20,000 bases of DNA, from sequence record DRR378314_2799; one strand, written 5' to 3'. A program made the translations under genes and the position numbers. Of this stretch, positions 7,441 through 16,371 are shown in pieces. How positions within the stretch are numbered: position 1 is the stretch's first letter; each line of letters opens with the position of its first letter. The notes below the pieces were generated by a model that worked only from the letters and a program-made list of their open reading frames with translations, was not told the origin of the DNA and made no database searches.

Positions 7441-7986
7441 ATGGAAATCCAAAAAATTCATCATGTAGCTTATCGCTGCAAGAGTGCCAAAGAAACCGTT
7501 GATTGGTATGTAAAATACCTGGATATGGATTTTATCCTCGCGATCGCGGAAAATGAGGTTCCCTCGACAAAAGCACCAGATCCCTACATGCATGTATTTT
7601 TGGATGCAGGTAATGGAAACGTGCTCGCTTTTTTCGAATTGCCAAACTCCCCCGAAATGGGGCGGGATCAAAATACCCCTGAATGGGTTCAACATTTGGC
7701 GATGCAGGTTGGATCAATGGAGGAATTGATGCAGGCTAAAGAGCGATTGGAAGCTGATGGGATAGAGGTTGTAGGACCAACCAATCATACCTTGTTCCAA
7801 TCCATTTATTTCTTTGATCCGAACGGACATCGCCTTGAGCTTGCGGCCAATTCCAACACGTCGGAAATGAACAAGCGCTTGGATGACGTGAAATGGGAAA
7901 TGCTGGAAGAGTGGGACCGCACGAAAAAGGCGCCTGATCATGCGAGATGGATGCATGATGGGTCGGTTGAGCCGGATCTGCGTTAG
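7441..7986 (+). CDS. VOC (glyoxalase/bleomycin resistance/dioxygenase) family protein
   Basis: Metal-ligand pattern IHHVAYRC...LAFFE...QHLAM...SIYFFDPNGHRLELA. RBS-like GAGGG upstream. Confidence 0.9.
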   Translation: MEIQKIHHVAYRCKSAKETVDWYVKYLDMDFILAIAENEVPSTKAPDPYMHVFLDAGNGNVLAFFELPNSPEMGRDQNTPEWVQHLAMQVGSMEELMQAKERLEADGIEVVGPTNHTLFQSIYFFDPNGHRLELAANSNTSEMNKRLDDVKWEMLEEWDRTKKAPDHARWMHDGSVEPDLR

Positions 7987-9113
7987 GACTGTTCAAACGT
8001 TGAGTTTACGAGTGTAACGTTTAAATTCTGATCCAGTCGAATTAAATCTGCCGCCATACCGGGTTTCAGGGACCCGACATGTTTGAGGCCCATAAAGGCT
8101 GCCGGCGTGGCCGCGCTCATCTTCAGAACATCGGTAAGCGGCAGGTTGAGAGTTTGCACGCAGTAGCGTACAGCATCGGCAATTGAGATGGCGCTGCCGG
8201 CAAGGACCCCATCATCCGTCACACATTTCCCGTTTTGCACCGATATCCGCTCCCTATACAGATGAAAATGATCTTTTAGAGAGCCGACGCAGGGCATTGC
8301 ATCGCTGATCAGCATTGCCCTTTCGGAACCCAGGATCTGAAGCGCAGGGGCGAGGGCGGCCGGGTGAATATGATGGCTGTCCGCAATAACGCTACTATAG
8401 GTGCCTGCTAACTGAAAGGCCGCTCCCACCACACCCGGCGCGCGCGACAGAAAAGGGGGCATTGCATTAAACAGGTGGGTGAAACCATTTAGTCCGTTAT
8501 CTGCAGCTTGGCAGATCTCTTCATATGACGCATTGGTATGACCTGCTGAAACGCGCACGTTTCTGTGGCACAGTCCGGCGATGAATTCTGACGATACTGT
8601 TTCGGGCGCCAGGGTCACAAGAACAGAACCGAGGTGAAAGCGATCTAGAATTTCCAGAAATTCGGTTTCCACCGCGTTCATATATTGGGGTTGGTGGACG
8701 CCCTTTCGCTCCGGGTTCAGAAAGGGTCCTTCAAAATGGACGCCGCAAATGCCGCTCCTATTCGTTTCAAGAGATTCTGCTACTGCTTTTGCCATACGCG
8801 CAATTATGTCCATTTTGTCCGTAATCAGGGTTGGAAAAATGGTTGTCGTACCCAATTCTCGAAACGTCTGTGAAACTGTCTGAATAGCGCTTTGGGTTGG
8901 GGCATCATTGAAAAGCAGATCGGCCCCGCCATTGACCTGGATGTCGACAAATCCAGGCGCTAAAACGCCCTCTCCAAGGTCAATCAAGTCACCTGTGCCC
9001 TTAAGATTTTTTAGCGGCCCAACCGATTTTATGCGCCCGCTCTCAACCTCAATATAGGCATTTGAGGCAAGCGCTCCGTCCAGAAAGATATGTTGGCAGG
9101 TATATATGGGCAT
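7983..9113 (-). CDS. nagA: N-acetylglucosamine-6-phosphate deacetylase
   Basis: PGFVDIQVNG, GVHFEGPFL, KGVH, TLAPE, SAGHT, THLFNAM, ISDAM and LAGS motifs. Confidence 0.92.
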   Translation of the reverse strand: MPIYTCQHIFLDGALASNAYIEVESGRIKSVGPLKNLKGTGDLIDLGEGVLAPGFVDIQVNGGADLLFNDAPTQSAIQTVSQTFRELGTTTIFPTLITDKMDIIARMAKAVAESLETNRSGICGVHFEGPFLNPERKGVHQPQYMNAVETEFLEILDRFHLGSVLVTLAPETVSSEFIAGLCHRNVRVSAGHTNASYEEICQAADNGLNGFTHLFNAMPPFLSRAPGVVGAAFQLAGTYSSVIADSHHIHPAALAPALQILGSERAMLISDAMPCVGSLKDHFHLYRERISVQNGKCVTDDGVLAGSAISIADAVRYCVQTLNLPLTDVLKMSAATPAAFMGLKHVGSLKPGMAADLIRLDQNLNVTLVNSTFEQS

Positions 9114-9142
9114 ATTTAAATGTTTCTGTTCACGGTATTGAT

Positions 9143-10717
9143 CTACCAGACGCCGAAATAAATGCCACGCTCCTGGGCGTTATCAGTTTTCTGCTCAATC
9201 TGTTCGAAGTCGACAGTGATACGTGTTTTGCGTTTCCGGATCCAGTGAAGCAGTTTTAACTCTAACGCCTCAACAGTGGATTGAAAATCCTCAACATCGC
9301 CAAGGTCATTTAACTCTCTCGGATCGGAGTTCAGATCGAACAGCTGGGGCCGAAACCCATCAAAAGAGATATATTTCCAGCGATCGGTGCGGATCATATA
9401 TCCCCGGGTTTCATCTGGTTTCAAGTTTAAGGAAAGCCGGGCGCCACGCCAGGCGTAATCAACCTCGCTAACGGCAAACTCCCGCCATTGTGTTGGTTGC
9501 TGTCCATGTAACAAGGGAAGCAGTGACCGTCCCTCCAGGAGATGTGGTTTAGGGGCGCCGCCCAAACTGTCAATGAATGTGGGTACCAGATCGATTGCCT
9601 CAACCAGCTCCTCGGAGACACTGCCCCGCGTTTTATCGGCATCTGAACTTGGATCAACGATGATCAGAGGGACCTTGACACTTTCTTCGTGGAACAGTTC
9701 TTTTTCACCGAGCCAGTGATCGCCAAGATAGTCGCCATGATCGCTGGTGAAAACAATCATGGTTTCCTGAAATTTATCCAAATCTGTCAGACATTGAACC
9801 AGTCGGCCGATATGGTCGTCGATCTCTGTTATGAGGCCCATATAGGTCGGAATAACATGGCTGCGCTTGTCTTCATCCGAGAAATTTATGCTCTCTTCAT
9901 GCTGCATAAAAGCGCCGACAACCGGATGGGGCGTTTGCTTTTCTGTCTCGTTCCGGTTGGCCGGCTGAATGTCTTCAGAGCTGTACATTCGATGGTAAGG
10001 GGCAGGGGCGATATAGGGCCAATGTGGCTTAATATAACTGAGATGCAGGCACCAGGAGGTATCCGCAAGCTTTGTGATCTGATCGATCGCCTGATCCGTC
10101 ATATAGGCGGTTTCCGAATGCTCTTTTTGCACAACTGCAGGTAAGTGAGCGTTGCGCAAAAACCAGCCACTTTGAAGATCACCATTTTCATCAATGCCGG
10201 AATTAGCTGCAGTATGCCACGGGTTCTCGCCCTCATAACCGTTTTCATTCAGATATTTATTATAGGCGAGGTCTGATGTTTTACCGCCCTCAGGGTGAAG
10301 CCCGTCGTCTCGCTCCCACGGCTCAAACCCACATTCCCGGGCCAGGACCCCTGAAATTGATCCGGGATCAATTTTGAGGCGATCTATGTTTGCCATATCC
10401 GCTGTCATGTGGGTTTTGCCAATCAGACCAGTGCTAACCCCCAGTTCACGCAGATGATCTCCCAGCGTTGGTTGTCCGATATTTAAAGGAACACCGTTAT
10501 AGGTTGCGCCGTGGCTAAAGACATAACGCCCCGTGTAAAACGACATTCGCGAGGATCCACAGACCGGAGCCTGGACATAAGCGTTGCGAAAATTCACGCC
10601 CTGTTCAGCGAGCCTGTCGATATTGGGTGTTTTGAGGGTTGGATGCCCGTTGCAGCCTAGATAATCAAATCGAAGTTGATCACACATAATGAACAGAATG
10701 TTTTTGATCTGTGCCAT
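9143..10717 (-). CDS. Sulfatase/alkaline-phosphatase superfamily hydrolase (phosphonate monoester hydrolase-like)
   Basis: NILFIMCDQLR, TPNIDRLA, VCGSSRMSFYTGRY, GKTH, KPHWP, FTSDHGDYLGDH and VPLII. Confidence 0.9.
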   Translation of the reverse strand: MAQIKNILFIMCDQLRFDYLGCNGHPTLKTPNIDRLAEQGVNFRNAYVQAPVCGSSRMSFYTGRYVFSHGATYNGVPLNIGQPTLGDHLRELGVSTGLIGKTHMTADMANIDRLKIDPGSISGVLARECGFEPWERDDGLHPEGGKTSDLAYNKYLNENGYEGENPWHTAANSGIDENGDLQSGWFLRNAHLPAVVQKEHSETAYMTDQAIDQITKLADTSWCLHLSYIKPHWPYIAPAPYHRMYSSEDIQPANRNETEKQTPHPVVGAFMQHEESINFSDEDKRSHVIPTYMGLITEIDDHIGRLVQCLTDLDKFQETMIVFTSDHGDYLGDHWLGEKELFHEESVKVPLIIVDPSSDADKTRGSVSEELVEAIDLVPTFIDSLGGAPKPHLLEGRSLLPLLHGQQPTQWREFAVSEVDYAWRGARLSLNLKPDETRGYMIRTDRWKYISFDGFRPQLFDLNSDPRELNDLGDVEDFQSTVEALELKLLHWIRKRKTRITVDFEQIEQKTDNAQERGIYFGVW

Positions 10718-10727
10718 GATTTTCAGC

Positions 10728-11546
10728 TTATTCGTTTTTGGTTTTCAGGAATTTGAGGAGCGTTGGCCAGGCTTTGGGATCTTCCTTCAGAAATAGATGC
10801 CCGCCCCGGAATATTTTGAGTTGTCCGTTCGGCATCGCCTCGGCAATGGCCTCAGAATTGGCGACAGGCGCAACCCCATCGTCTTGACCGCAGGCAATCA
10901 GCGCGTTCAGATCCAGTTTGTGAAGGCGATCATACACATCATGAGCGGCACGGGCGGCGAACTGTTTTCTCATTGCTTCCAGTTTTTCAGGTGTGCTGTG
11001 ACTACCTTGTGCCCCTTTCAAATAAAACTCATAGGTCTGTTTTGCCTTGCCGGGATTTTGCCGTTGCCATTCATCAGTGTGTTGAAGGTTCATCTTTTTT
11101 AAGATGAAAGCTGCGTATTCCTCTGGACTTAGATCAACCAATTCAAGCAACGGGAAGGAGGCGCCGCCCTGACCACCGCTACTGGTGCAACAAAGGACAA
11201 GCTTATCGACTATGTCTGGGTGCGAAAGGGCGAAATGCTGGGCGACCATGCCGCCAAAACTGACCCCGATAACATTGGTTTTGCTCCACCCTAAATGGGT
11301 CAGGAGTTTCGCTAGATCTTCTGCATAGGATTGCATTGTCGGATCATCAGCGGGACTGGTAGATTGCCCCATCCCGCGATGATCAAAGTTCAGAACCTCA
11401 AAATTTTCAATGCCCGGCACATCATAAATTGTGGGGCTATGACGGGTGTCTGAATTTGTACCGCTGACAAGGACAATTCGGGGGCCATTTCCCTTAATTT
11501 TATAAAAGATCTGATGCGTTTGAAGATTGAGAAAACCTGTTGTCAT
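10728..11546 (-). CDS. Alpha/beta-fold hydrolase
   Basis: DHRGMGQS, nucleophile elbow GVSFGG, GQDDGVAP (Asp) and GGHLF (His). ATG 11546 is preferred over the TTG at 11612. Confidence 0.88.
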   Translation of the reverse strand: MTTGFLNLQTHQIFYKIKGNGPRIVLVSGTNSDTRHSPTIYDVPGIENFEVLNFDHRGMGQSTSPADDPTMQSYAEDLAKLLTHLGWSKTNVIGVSFGGMVAQHFALSHPDIVDKLVLCCTSSGGQGGASFPLLELVDLSPEEYAAFILKKMNLQHTDEWQRQNPGKAKQTYEFYLKGAQGSHSTPEKLEAMRKQFAARAAHDVYDRLHKLDLNALIACGQDDGVAPVANSEAIAEAMPNGQLKIFRGGHLFLKEDPKAWPTLLKFLKTKNE

Positions 11547-11624
11547 GGTGGGGCTTTGAATACTTGTTTTTGAAAGAGCCCACAGTCTGCTGAGAAATGA
11601 ATTCAACAACAAGGAAAAACGTGA

Positions 11625-11774
11625 TTAGTCTGTTTTGATTTGTAATTTTTCTTTGAGCGCAACGATGGAAAGGTCGCAAATTTCCAGCATTTTTATCGTT
11701 CCATCCAGAACTTCCTGCTTTGCATCACTTTTGCAATATTGATCGATTTCTTTCGCCAGAGCAGGAAGGCCCGA
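11625..11774 (-). pseudogene. Remnant encoding the C-terminal half of an Hpt-like domain
   Basis: Start-less 49-codon frame SGLPALAKEIDQYCKSDAKQEVLDGTIKMLEICDLSIVALKEKLQIKTD*. It aligns by eye with the C-terminal helices of the Hpt at 6979-7350. An in-frame TGA at 11777-11775 precedes it. Confidence 0.5.
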
Positions 11775-11802
11775 TCAAATCGAAAACTGTGGTTTAACCA
11801 AA

Positions 11803-12453
11803 CTAAAACGGCAGTTTTGCTGAAAACTCAACGGTTTTCTTGGTCGCAGGGTGGGCGAATTCAAGATAGCTTGCGTGAAGTTGCAGGCGTGGGGCCAGTT
11901 TGAGGATTTCAGGTGGCGCATAGAGGGGATCGCCGAGAATTGGGTGACCCATCGCCTGCATATGAACCCTGAGCTGGTGAGTGCGGCCTGTCTCAGGTAT
12001 TAATTTTACAAAGCTATTTTGCTGTCTTTCTTCTAAAACCTGCCATTGGGTTATGGCTGTTTTGCCCAGTTGTTCATCAACTTTCTGTCGCGGCCGGTTT
12101 GGCCAATCAGCAATCAGTTTCTTTTCAATCCGACCAGAAGGGCGATCGGGGCAGCCTGCAATCACGGCATGGTAGGTTTTGGAAACTTGTCGTTCCTGGA
12201 AGCTACGGCCTAGTCGGCTTTGCGCTGTTTTGCTAAGGGCAAAGAGCACTAATCCCGAAGTTTCCATATCCAAACGATGCACGATTTCAAGATCGGGATA
12301 TTGCGACTGAAGCCGGGAGAAAAGGCAATCGGCTTTTTCCGGGCCACGTCCAGGGACTGTTAGTAATCCGGATGGTTTGTCCGAAACCAGGATATGGTCA
12401 TCGCAGTAAAGAACCGGGGCATATGGCTCTGTCGGGGGCGTGTATAGGGTCAT
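11803..12453 (-). CDS. rluA: RluA-family RNA pseudouridine synthase
   Basis: DKPSGLLTVPG, catalytic HRLDMETSG, DWPNRP, TGRTHQLRVH, GHPILGDPLY and LHA. No S4 domain. Confidence 0.92.
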   Translation of the reverse strand: MTLYTPPTEPYAPVLYCDDHILVSDKPSGLLTVPGRGPEKADCLFSRLQSQYPDLEIVHRLDMETSGLVLFALSKTAQSRLGRSFQERQVSKTYHAVIAGCPDRPSGRIEKKLIADWPNRPRQKVDEQLGKTAITQWQVLEERQQNSFVKLIPETGRTHQLRVHMQAMGHPILGDPLYAPPEILKLAPRLQLHASYLEFAHPATKKTVEFSAKLPF

Positions 12454-12503
12454 AAAAGGGCCGAAATTTGTTTCGGCTTTTATATACTACATTGCTGAGT
12501 GAT

Positions 12504-12535
12504 AAAGAGAAAAGAGGCTGGATTGACCAGCCCCT
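12504..12535 (-). terminator. Rho-independent terminator after the acyl-CoA dehydrogenase
   Basis: Minus strand reads AGGGGCTGG-TCAAT-CCAGCCTCT followed by TTTCTCTTT, starting 6 nt after the stop codon. Confidence 0.7.
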
Positions 12536-12541
12536 GATGTC

Positions 12542-13687
12542 TTATGTGTTTTTCAGCAGCTCTTTGCCAATTATCTGTTTCATAATTTCAGAAGAGCCAC
12601 CGGCAATCCGGGTCATCCGGTTATCCGCCCAGGCACGGGCAATGGGATATTCCCACATATACCCATATCCTCCGTGCAACTGAACGCATTCGTCCAGCAC
12701 TTGCATCAGAATTTCTGTTGTCTGCAGTTTTGCCATGGCGGCAGTCACGGCATCCAACTCGCCTTTTAAATGATCCTCCAGGCAGCGATCTACAAAATAG
12801 CGGAACATAACGGCCTGGGATTTGATTTCAGCCAATTTAAACTGGGTGTTCTGGAAATCTGCAATCGATCGACCAAAGGCCTTACGGTCCGTGGTGTAGG
12901 CGACCGTCCACTCTAGGGCCGCTTCAATGACAGCAACAGAACGGATGGCGATCACCAAACGCTCTTGTGCCAATTGTTCCATCAGGTGATAGAAGCCTTT
13001 GCCTTCCTCGCCTAGAATGTTGGTATAGGGGACGCGGACGTCGTTGAAGAACAGCTCGGATGTGTCTTGGGCCTTGTAACCAACTTTTTCCAGGTTTCTG
13101 CCCCGTTCAAATCCGTCTCGGTCTCCTTCCATCAACAGAAGACTTACGCCCTTGCCTTTGGCTTCGGGGTCTGTTTTGCAGGCAAGGACAACCAGATCTG
13201 CGATCTGTCCGTTGCTAATGAAGACTTTCTGGCCGTTTACAACCAGATCGTCACCATCACGAATGGCTGTCGTGCGGATATTTTGAAGGTCGGATCCGGC
13301 GCCCGGTTCTGTCATCGCTACGGCGGCAATCACCTCACCCGTAACCATTTTGGGCAGCCATTTTTTCTTTTGTTCCTCAGTGCCATAATTCATCAGATAG
13401 GGGGCGACAATCTCGGAATGTAAATGAAAAGCCGGACCGGTTGCGCCGACCCTGGCGATTTCTTCACAGAAAATGGCGCTGTATAAAAAATCGGCGCCGG
13501 GGCCTCCATATTCTTCGGAGACGGTACAGCAAAGGAAGCCGGCCTCTCCAGCTTCGCGCCAAACGGATTTAGGGACCTGGCCGTCTTTTTCCCACTGATC
13601 ATGAAATGGCGCTACGCGATCTTCGGCAAATTTTCGTGCCGCTTCCTGGAATATGCGATGTTCTTCGGTCAGAAGTCTGCGTGTCAT
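12542..13687 (-). CDS. Acyl-CoA dehydrogenase (LCAD-like subgroup)
   Basis: AMTEPGAGSDL, NGQKVFISNG, RKAFG and QLHGGYGY. IAGGSSE lacks the MCAD-type Glu, while LAQERL supplies the LCAD/IVD-type catalytic Glu. Confidence 0.93.
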   Translation of the reverse strand: MTRRLLTEEHRIFQEAARKFAEDRVAPFHDQWEKDGQVPKSVWREAGEAGFLCCTVSEEYGGPGADFLYSAIFCEEIARVGATGPAFHLHSEIVAPYLMNYGTEEQKKKWLPKMVTGEVIAAVAMTEPGAGSDLQNIRTTAIRDGDDLVVNGQKVFISNGQIADLVVLACKTDPEAKGKGVSLLLMEGDRDGFERGRNLEKVGYKAQDTSELFFNDVRVPYTNILGEEGKGFYHLMEQLAQERLVIAIRSVAVIEAALEWTVAYTTDRKAFGRSIADFQNTQFKLAEIKSQAVMFRYFVDRCLEDHLKGELDAVTAAMAKLQTTEILMQVLDECVQLHGGYGYMWEYPIARAWADNRMTRIAGGSSEIMKQIIGKELLKNT

Positions 13688-13892
13688 TTGAGAACCCTGT
13701 TTTTCTTTGTTTGCTTAATGGGATTTCCGGGGATTTTTGATGAAATCAAGGCAATAAGCAACCAAAAAAGTAAGCTAGCTTAGTAATTTATTTTTGATTT
13801 TGCCGTTGCTCCCTTATATTTCCTCTATAAAGAATTATTAAGAGAGTAGGGTGTATCTTGTTCCAGTTGCAAATGGACAGGGGTAAATTGGT

Positions 13893-15191
13893 ATGACGTC
13901 ACTTGAGACGACCGTTCAGAATGAAACGAATACTGGCGAGAAAAAACGCCTGCTTCTTGTCGAACATTCGCCAATTTTTCTGGCGATGTTGGAAGGTTCA
14001 TTGCGCGAAGTATTCTCCGGCGAAATTGATGTCTTTCAACGGTTCGAGGATTTAGAAAATGGCATCACCCAGCATCGGGATGATTATTTTCTGGCGTTGG
14101 TCTCTTCTGTGGTTCCCGGTGCCACTGATGGAGAGGCTCTTGAGTTTGTGCATAAATCTGGAATTCCGACACTCGCGCTTGTCAATTCCGGCCAAAGGGA
14201 GCTGATCAATCGGGTGAAAACGATTGGGGTTATTGATTATCTCATTAAAGAAAATGTGGGTGATCTGGATCTTGTCCGCCAGGCTGTCACACGGCTTGAC
14301 AACAACCGCCATACAAAGGTTTTGATTGCCGCAAGTCCGGAGGATGTGCGCCAATCGATCCGCTATTCATTGGAAAAACATCTCTTCAATGTGCGTGAGG
14401 TGGATAATCCCAAAGCGGCTTTAAAAGCAATAGAGGATAATGCGTCAATCCGGTTAGTGATTGCGGGTTTTGATGAAACCGAAATGCAGCATTTTGATTT
14501 CATCAAGAAATTGCGGTTGGGGCGCAAGCCCGAAGACCTGGCGATTGTTGGTGTGGCCCCGAAAGATGAAAATCGATTTGCCGCTGATCTGATCCGCTTC
14601 GGTGCGGATGACTTCATCCATGTCCCTGTTGATGTGGATGAGTTCGAGACGCGTATTGCCATGAATATGGACAAGATGGACATGTTGAACGAGCTCATGT
14701 TCCGCTCGACAACGGATCATTTGACTAAATTGCCAAACCGTATGTTTTTCATGGATTTAGCACCCAGTCTGTTTGCCAGTGCGCAGCGGAGACAGATAAC
14801 GATCGATATCGCAATGATCGATATGGATCGGTTTAAGCGGATAAATGATACCTATGGTCATGATGCTGGCGATGAGATCCTGGTGGAGGTCGCAAATGCG
14901 CTGAAATCAGTTCTTCGCAATACGGACGTATTGGCCCGAATGGGCGGGGAAGAGTTTTGCTTGTTGGCCGTAAATGTGGATAAAGACCATCAGGATAGCT
15001 TTTTCAACAGCCTGCGGGAAGCGATCGCCACGTTACGGTTTAATTATGGCGGTGAGGAAGTTCGCGTGACGGCCAGTATGGGCATCGCCTCTGAACTTGG
15101 GGACTCAGTTGAGGACATGATCAACCGGGCCGAGAAAGGCCTGCATCAAGCCAAAAAGCTAGGTCGAAATCAGTGTGTATTCGTGAGTTAA
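13893..15191 (+). CDS. Diguanylate cyclase with two degenerate receiver domains (REC-REC-GGDEF)
   Basis: DHLTKLPNR, IDMDRFKRINDTYGHDAGD, I-site RNTD, active site ARMGGEEF and AKKLGRN. Two REC-like folds at the N-terminus. Confidence 0.9.
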   Translation: MTSLETTVQNETNTGEKKRLLLVEHSPIFLAMLEGSLREVFSGEIDVFQRFEDLENGITQHRDDYFLALVSSVVPGATDGEALEFVHKSGIPTLALVNSGQRELINRVKTIGVIDYLIKENVGDLDLVRQAVTRLDNNRHTKVLIAASPEDVRQSIRYSLEKHLFNVREVDNPKAALKAIEDNASIRLVIAGFDETEMQHFDFIKKLRLGRKPEDLAIVGVAPKDENRFAADLIRFGADDFIHVPVDVDEFETRIAMNMDKMDMLNELMFRSTTDHLTKLPNRMFFMDLAPSLFASAQRRQITIDIAMIDMDRFKRINDTYGHDAGDEILVEVANALKSVLRNTDVLARMGGEEFCLLAVNVDKDHQDSFFNSLREAIATLRFNYGGEEVRVTASMGIASELGDSVEDMINRAEKGLHQAKKLGRNQCVFVS

Positions 15192-15194
15192 GGA

Positions 15195-15533
15195 TCAGAC
15201 GTGAAAAGAAGAGCCGCAACCGCAGCGTCCTTTTTCATTTGGGTTCTCAAAGGTAAATTTTGACTCTAACCCTTTTTCTTCCCAATCCATTTCCGTGCCG
15301 TTCACATACTGAATGGCATCATGATCAATCAACAGGCGCACTTTGCCTGTCTCAATGATTGCATCATCATCTTTTTCTTCTGTCGCATAATCCATCGTAT
15401 AGGAAAGACCGTTACAACCGGTATTGGTGATCCCAATACGCAGACCTACAACAGGTTTATCATTCTGGGACAGCAGAGAACTCAGCCGGGCTTCGGCAGT
15501 ATCTGTTAATGTCATAATGTGCGGATTACTCAT
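15195..15533 (-). CDS. sufA: A-type Fe-S carrier (SufA/IscA, HesB family)
   Basis: TGCNGLSY and FENPN...CGCGSSF. Last gene of the suf operon. ATG at 15533. Confidence 0.92.
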   Translation of the reverse strand: MSNPHIMTLTDTAEARLSSLLSQNDKPVVGLRIGITNTGCNGLSYTMDYATEEKDDDAIIETGKVRLLIDHDAIQYVNGTEMDWEEKGLESKFTFENPNEKGRCGCGSSFHV

Positions 15534-15545
15534 CAACTCACCTTT

Positions 15546-15911
15546 TTAAAACATACCCAAATCAAGTTTTGCAGCTTCTGACATATTATCAGGTGTCCAC
15601 GGCGGTTCCCAGAGGATTTCAACATCTACCTCTGAAATCCCATCTACGGTTATCACGGCATCGCGGACCCATCCCGGGATCTCACCGGCAACGGGGCATC
15701 CCGGGGCCGTAAGCGTCATCCCTACATATGTATGTCCTTTCTCGTCAATATCAATGACATAGATCAGACCTAAATCAAAGATGCTGACCGGGATTTCGGG
15801 GTCATAAACAGTGCGCAAAGCCTCGATCACCGGGCCTTCCAGAGGGGATGAACTGCTGCCTTCTTCGTAAGGGCCGGTTGCAACTGGCCTTTGTGTTTGC
15901 GAAACCGTCAT
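15546..15911 (-). CDS. sufT: DUF59 Fe-S assembly protein (SufT-like)
   Basis: VYDPEIPVSIFDLGLIY, MTLTAPGCP and PPWTP. Overlaps sufU by 4 nt. Confidence 0.88.
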   Translation of the reverse strand: MTVSQTQRPVATGPYEEGSSSSPLEGPVIEALRTVYDPEIPVSIFDLGLIYVIDIDEKGHTYVGMTLTAPGCPVAGEIPGWVRDAVITVDGISEVDVEILWEPPWTPDNMSEAAKLDLGMF

Positions 15912-16369
15912 GTCACGAACTCCGTACTTGCTTTTTCTGTGCCCTTAAATGCTGCCATCAAGGCGTGCCAGGGCAGGGTGGCACATTTAACTCGCATTGG
16001 GAACTGACGAACTCCGGCAAGGATCTCTAATCGTTCCGCGGTTTCTGACAAGGGCGCGGTCTCCGCCCCCTCTGTGACCAGTTGATGAAATTCGGTAAAC
16101 AGATCAGTGGCTTGCTGTTTATTTTTCCCTTTTAGAATGTCAGTTAACAATGATGCCGAAGCCATTGAAATTGCACATCCTTTTCCATAAAAACTAATTT
16201 CCTGTATCCTGTCCGTCTCATCCATATTGCAATAAACCGTCACTGTGTCGCCGCAAAGTGGATTGTGGCCATGACCTGAATGTGTACAGGGTGAAATCTC
16301 TCCAAAATTTCGGGGATTTTTGGAATGATCAAGGATTACTTCCTGATACAAAGATTTCAGGTCATTCAT
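15908..16369 (-). CDS. sufU: SufU (NifU-family sulfur transfer protein)
   Basis: LYQEVILDH..PRNFG, HNPLCGD, GCAISMAS and RVKCATLPW. No LPPVK motif. Directly after sufS. Confidence 0.92.
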   Translation of the reverse strand: MNDLKSLYQEVILDHSKNPRNFGEISPCTHSGHGHNPLCGDTVTVYCNMDETDRIQEISFYGKGCAISMASASLLTDILKGKNKQQATDLFTEFHQLVTEGAETAPLSETAERLEILAGVRQFPMRVKCATLPWHALMAAFKGTEKASTEFVT

Positions 16370-16371
16370 GA

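Noticed and set aside
7983-7986. Convergent stop-codon overlap of the VOC gene and nagA (and the 3-nt gap at 15192-15194)
   Set aside because: Common in compact genomes, with no further evidence of antisense regulation.
13737-13749. TTGAT-GAA-ATCAA resembling an FNR box
   Set aside because: The spacer is 3 nt, not the 4 nt required for FNR-family binding.
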